A stretch of DNA of 64,000 nucleotides, from assembly GCA_964016885.1 (NCBI GenBank), contig OZ024742.1, positions 217,868,001-217,932,000 on the forward strand, read 5' to 3'. Origin of the DNA: Eledone cirrhosa. Taxonomy: Eukaryota. Position 1 is the first letter of the stretch. Each line of letters starts with the position of its first letter. Both the position numbers and the translations under genes were made by a program. The notes below the pieces were generated by a model, which saw nothing but the letters and a program-made list of their open reading frames with translations, was not told the DNA's origin and searched no databases. Below are positions 59,926-64,000 of this stretch, one piece after another.

Positions 59926-62589
59926 AACCAAATAAATATATATATTTAAAAAAAAAATAAGACTTCAGTTGCATTTTCGATTTCATCTCTTTTTCTTTAT
60001 ACTTCCACTCGTGTAGGACACCTCGGTTATTTTTCATTTTGTAAAAAAAACCTCACTTTCTAATATATATATATATATATACATTAAAATACACACCAAA
60101 TTCAATTAATACATTAAATGCTGATTTACGAACGTTTCAACCCCTTCCTGGGACTTTTCAAAACCAGTTATTTAATAATAAATCCTCATTATCATATCAC
60201 CAAAGCAATCAACAGCCAGCAGTTACAGAGAATATTGCGATAAGATTCTAAAAAAGCTTAATTCAACGTTAAATTCTTTTTTAAAAGGACAAGAAAATCC
60301 AAGTGCTTGACGATAAAACTGGAAACATCTATAACTTAAATGATGAACAATATAATCAATTCATTTATAACGAACTCTTTAAAAAGTATAAGAAAACTAA
60401 TACCTTGATTATATTAATAGACTGGGGAAAGTTATTGCTAAACATTTTGACGTAGAGAAATATACTGAACCTCTTACACCTAGAACACCTAGATTTAATC
60501 TGAAAGATCATAAATTAGATTTCCAAAATAACCTACTATAAGACTAAGGTGTCCATTCACTTCGGATATAGGTAGAAGTAAAAAACATTATTAACAGAAT
60601 AAGCCCACAAATTAAAAATAAAATAAGGTTATATAATCGTAGCAAAATAAAGTTCTTACAATTTGATATCAATAATTACTATACCTCTATTTCTCCTTCT
60701 CTCCTTGATAAAGTTCTGTCATTTGTTGCTGATCTTACTGACATTACTTAAATTGAAATAGATACAATTTTATTAGCTAGAATAACTATAATAGAATTTA
60801 ATGGTGGATCCATGGATTAAGAAAGATCATCCGAATATCTTTGATGTCACTATGGGTTCCAGTAACTCGGCCTAAGAGACTGATTTGGTTGAATTATTTA
60901 TTCTAGATAAGCTTAAGGCCAAATTTCCTGCTATTGGGGGAGTTTTTATACCGTAATGATGCTCTCTTTACCTTTGAAAATTATTCTAACTCAGCTTTAG
61001 AGAGAGTTAGAAAACATCTACACAAATTCTTTAAAGAATATAATTCAACAGTTACAATTGATAATAATGATAGGATTGTTAATTTATTAGATGTCAGTTG
61101 AAACCTAAATGATCATTCTTTCCAACCATACCATAAATTTATGTTAATAAATTCTCTAACCTCCCTAAACCTATTAAAAATGCATTAATTAATAACATTT
61201 CTAATAGAATAAGTTCTCTTCCGGCAAATTTTAATGTTTTAAATCAAAACAGTAATTACTATAATGAGGCCTTACATAGATCAGGATAAAATGAAAAATA
61301 AAATATAACACTACTGATAAAACAATCTTATAATAAGGTCTATACTTTTAATGTACATCCCCTAAAGAATGCCAATAAACCTACACATGGTTTTTATAAT
61401 AATAGGAAGAAAACTAATAATATGAATGCTATGACTAAAACTGACATTTCGTCTAAACCAAATATTAACCTTAAAAATGACAACTTTAAACCAAATTTAG
61501 TTGACAAAGTTCTTAGTAATGTAGATGATACACTAATTAAAGCATGTAATTATAAGGTAAGGCATACATTAAGAAGGAAAATATGTATTTGGTATAATCC
61601 TTCTTTCGGTATCCAGGTCGCTTCTAATATACCTAAATTATTCTTTGATATAGTGGATAAGAATTTTATAGATATTATAGGATATTAAATTAAAATAATG
61701 TGAAATTATCCTTTTTTACAACCCATAATTTGGTGGATTACATAGCAATGAACAATAAAAAGAAACTTAATTCTTTTAGAATAAATGGAGATCTTTAACT
61801 AATACCGAACCCTCTAGAAATAGTATAGGTATACCACTAATAATACTAATAGCAATAATATCCTGGTTGACAATAATACTGTTAATGAATGCATTTCTAC
61901 TCTTAATATCGCAAATGAAACACTCACTAATCTTGGTAATATTACATTCTCAATGGTAGTGAAACTGATACTTGGTATAATGATAATATTGTTAACAATA
62001 ACGTAAACACCCTAATCAATAGTAGGGCTTCTAGAATCGATACTGATTTTAGTGATCTTCATAAAACTAGGTATACAACTAACATTTGTGCTGGTGGTGA
62101 TCATAACATGGGTATATTCAATAATAATAGTCGACCTTTAGTGACTAAATGAAATTGTAGAATTCCTAATAATTGCCCATTTGGAGGTAAATGTCTTAAA
62201 ATTAATGTTATTTATAGATGTGAGATTTCAACTAATTGTTTTAATTATATAGGTAAGCAACACATCGTAGAAGAAGAAGAAGAAGAAGAAGAAGAAGAAG
62301 GATGAGGAGGGGGAGAAAGGAATGAGGAGGAGGCGGAGAAGAATAATTGGCCCTCAGCATTTTACTGGTATTTTATTTATCGACAGCGAAATGATTAAAG
62401 GTAAATTTTACCTCGGCCGGATTTGAGCTCAGCCTGAATCGAGCCGGAACAAACATTTGTCTGCATACAAATTATTGTTAGAATAAAAAATAAAAAATAA
62501 ATTTGTCGATTGACTTTCGTCAAATCGGACCGAGGAAACAATGTTTCCGTTGGTTTTTCCAATTGCTAATACTATCTATCAGTCGCAAC

Positions 62590-62720
62590 TCCAGGTTGAA
62601 GGAGCAACGTGAAACAAAGTGTCTTGCTCAAGGACATAACGCATCGCCCGGTCCAGGAATCGAATTAACAGCCTCACAATTGCAAATCCAGTTCTCTAAC
62701 AAATCAGCCACGCGCCTTCA
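62590..62720 (-). mobile_element. tRNA-derived SINE fragment
   Basis: Minus-strand head followed by ccttgagcaagacacttt. Confidence 0.7.
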
Positions 62721-62827
62721 TTGTTAGAATAATAGATTAATATAATTCAACATTAGAAGTACATAATTCAGTGTCCCGAAATATTGGATACTTTGTTTTA
62801 GTTTATGAATAATAGAAATATATAAAC

Positions 62828-62985
62828 GCAGGCATAGCTGTATTGTTAAGATGTTCGCCCCGCAGCCATGTGATTGTGGGCTTAGAACCTCTGTGCGGCA
62901 ACATGGGCAATTGTCTTTTGCAGCCTAAGGTTCGCCAATGCATTGTGAGTGGAATTTAGTAAACGGAAAATGCAGAAATCCAATC
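62828..62985 (+). mobile_element. Decayed SINE with (TG)n tail
   Basis: gcaggcatagctgt...gggcaattgtctt...tgtgagtggaattt. Confidence 0.55.
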
Positions 62986-63136
62986 TGTGTGTGTGTGTGT
63001 GTGTGCGTGTGTGTGTGTGCGTGCGTGCGTGTGTGTGTGTGAATGAGTGTCTCTATATGAAAATTGATTGTCATTCACAATTTGACTGACTTTATCGACG
63101 TCAACTTTGCCATTCATCATCTTGTTATTATTCTCT

Positions 63137-63184
<48 letters not shown>

Positions 63185-63428
63185 TTCCCTTCTCTTTATT
63201 TTCTCTTTATTTTTCCCCGCCCCAATAACTTCCAAAGTTATTGACTCAGTGGGGATAGACGTATTGTCTTTAATGCGTTGAAACGTCCAAGACCCCCCCC
63301 CCCCAGTAGACAACTGAAGAGGGGACCGGTCCCTTGTTTGTGCTTTCCTTTTATTTCTAAATACACTTTATCAATAACCTCACAGCACATTGTTCCTTCT
63401 ATATAAAAAAAAAAATATATATATATAT

Positions 63429-63754
63429 GGAGGCACATGGCTTAGTGGTTAGAGCATTGGCCTTGCAATCGAAAGGTTGTGAGTTCAATTCTCAGACCGG
63501 GTGATGTGTTGTTTCCTTGAGCAAGACACTTTATTTCACATTGCTCCAGTTTACTCAGCTGTAGAAATGAGATGATAGGGACTGGGGTCCCTATCATTCC
63601 ACTGCAAAGTGGTCGTGGAGGTGCCACGGCAAAAAAACACCCAGCACTCACTGTAAATGTGGTTGGTGTTAGGAAGGGCATCCAGCTGTAGAAATCAAGC
63701 CAGAATCAGTTTCCGTCCCACCCTTGCAAGCAGAGAAAAAGCGGACGTAAAATG

Positions 63755-63760
<6 letters not shown>
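63429..63760 (+). mobile_element. tRNA-derived SINE
   Basis: A box tggcttagtgg, B box gagttcaattc, central ccttgagcaagacacttt, 3' ggttggtgttaggaagggcatccagc, A-rich end. Confidence 0.8.
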
Positions 63761-63793
<33 letters not shown>

Positions 63794-64000
63794 TATAAAG
63801 CAGTAATTTCTTCTCTCCCCTCTCTTCATCGCATAGAAGATTAAAATGGACTGAGTAACCAATGAAAATTAAGATAGATATATAGATATATATGTATACG
63901 CACATATATTCTGAATTTATTTTCTGAATTATTGTGAAAGCGTTGGAATTTGTGTTATCTCTTGTATTCTTATTAGTTCCTTGCAAGAAAACGAATTGCA

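Larger units (their letters stand above)
59704..62255 (+). mobile_element. Decayed PLE: palindromic pLTR (59704-60001) followed by disrupted RT and the start of a GIY-YIG domain
   Basis: FLQFDINNYYTSISP, FDVTMGS, YRNDAL, IWYNPSF, NCRIPNNCPFGGKCL..NVIY...YIG; preceded by (TA)n. Confidence 0.85.

Noticed and set aside
62147-62161. TGA at the first Cys of a CNCR motif (possible selenocysteine)
   Set aside because: The element has many other stops and frameshifts and no SECIS was seen; simple decay is more likely.
63429-63500. tRNA gene
   Set aside because: A and B boxes are present but there is no complete cloverleaf, and it continues into a SINE body.

Overview
Repeat-only, microsatellite-rich eukaryotic window with no recognisable host gene. 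The SINE families and microsatellite load resemble octopus/coleoid cephalopod DNA (inference). It contains three main systems. (1) A ~29-kb cluster (21101-50093) of Tx1/L1-clade non-LTR retrotransposons, all inserted in the same orientation into a (TATC)n microsatellite. It includes three near-identical intact copies at a 5764-bp period. The families share a putative 67-69-nt 5'UTR intron, and splice-like signals at the ORF1 and ORF2 stop codons bracket all of ORF2. (2) Tandem 420-468-bp non-coding repeats carrying minimal type I hammerhead ribozymes (retrozyme-like, 1-1960 and 19971-20604). Several Penelope-like element (PLE) remnants and palindromes carry further hammerheads, including a U3-A8 core variant, and most abut (TA)n. 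(3) Background repeats: non-autonomous Helitrons, CRE-clade fragments, tRNA-derived SINEs and minisatellites. All comparisons were made by eye, so boundaries of decayed elements are approximate.
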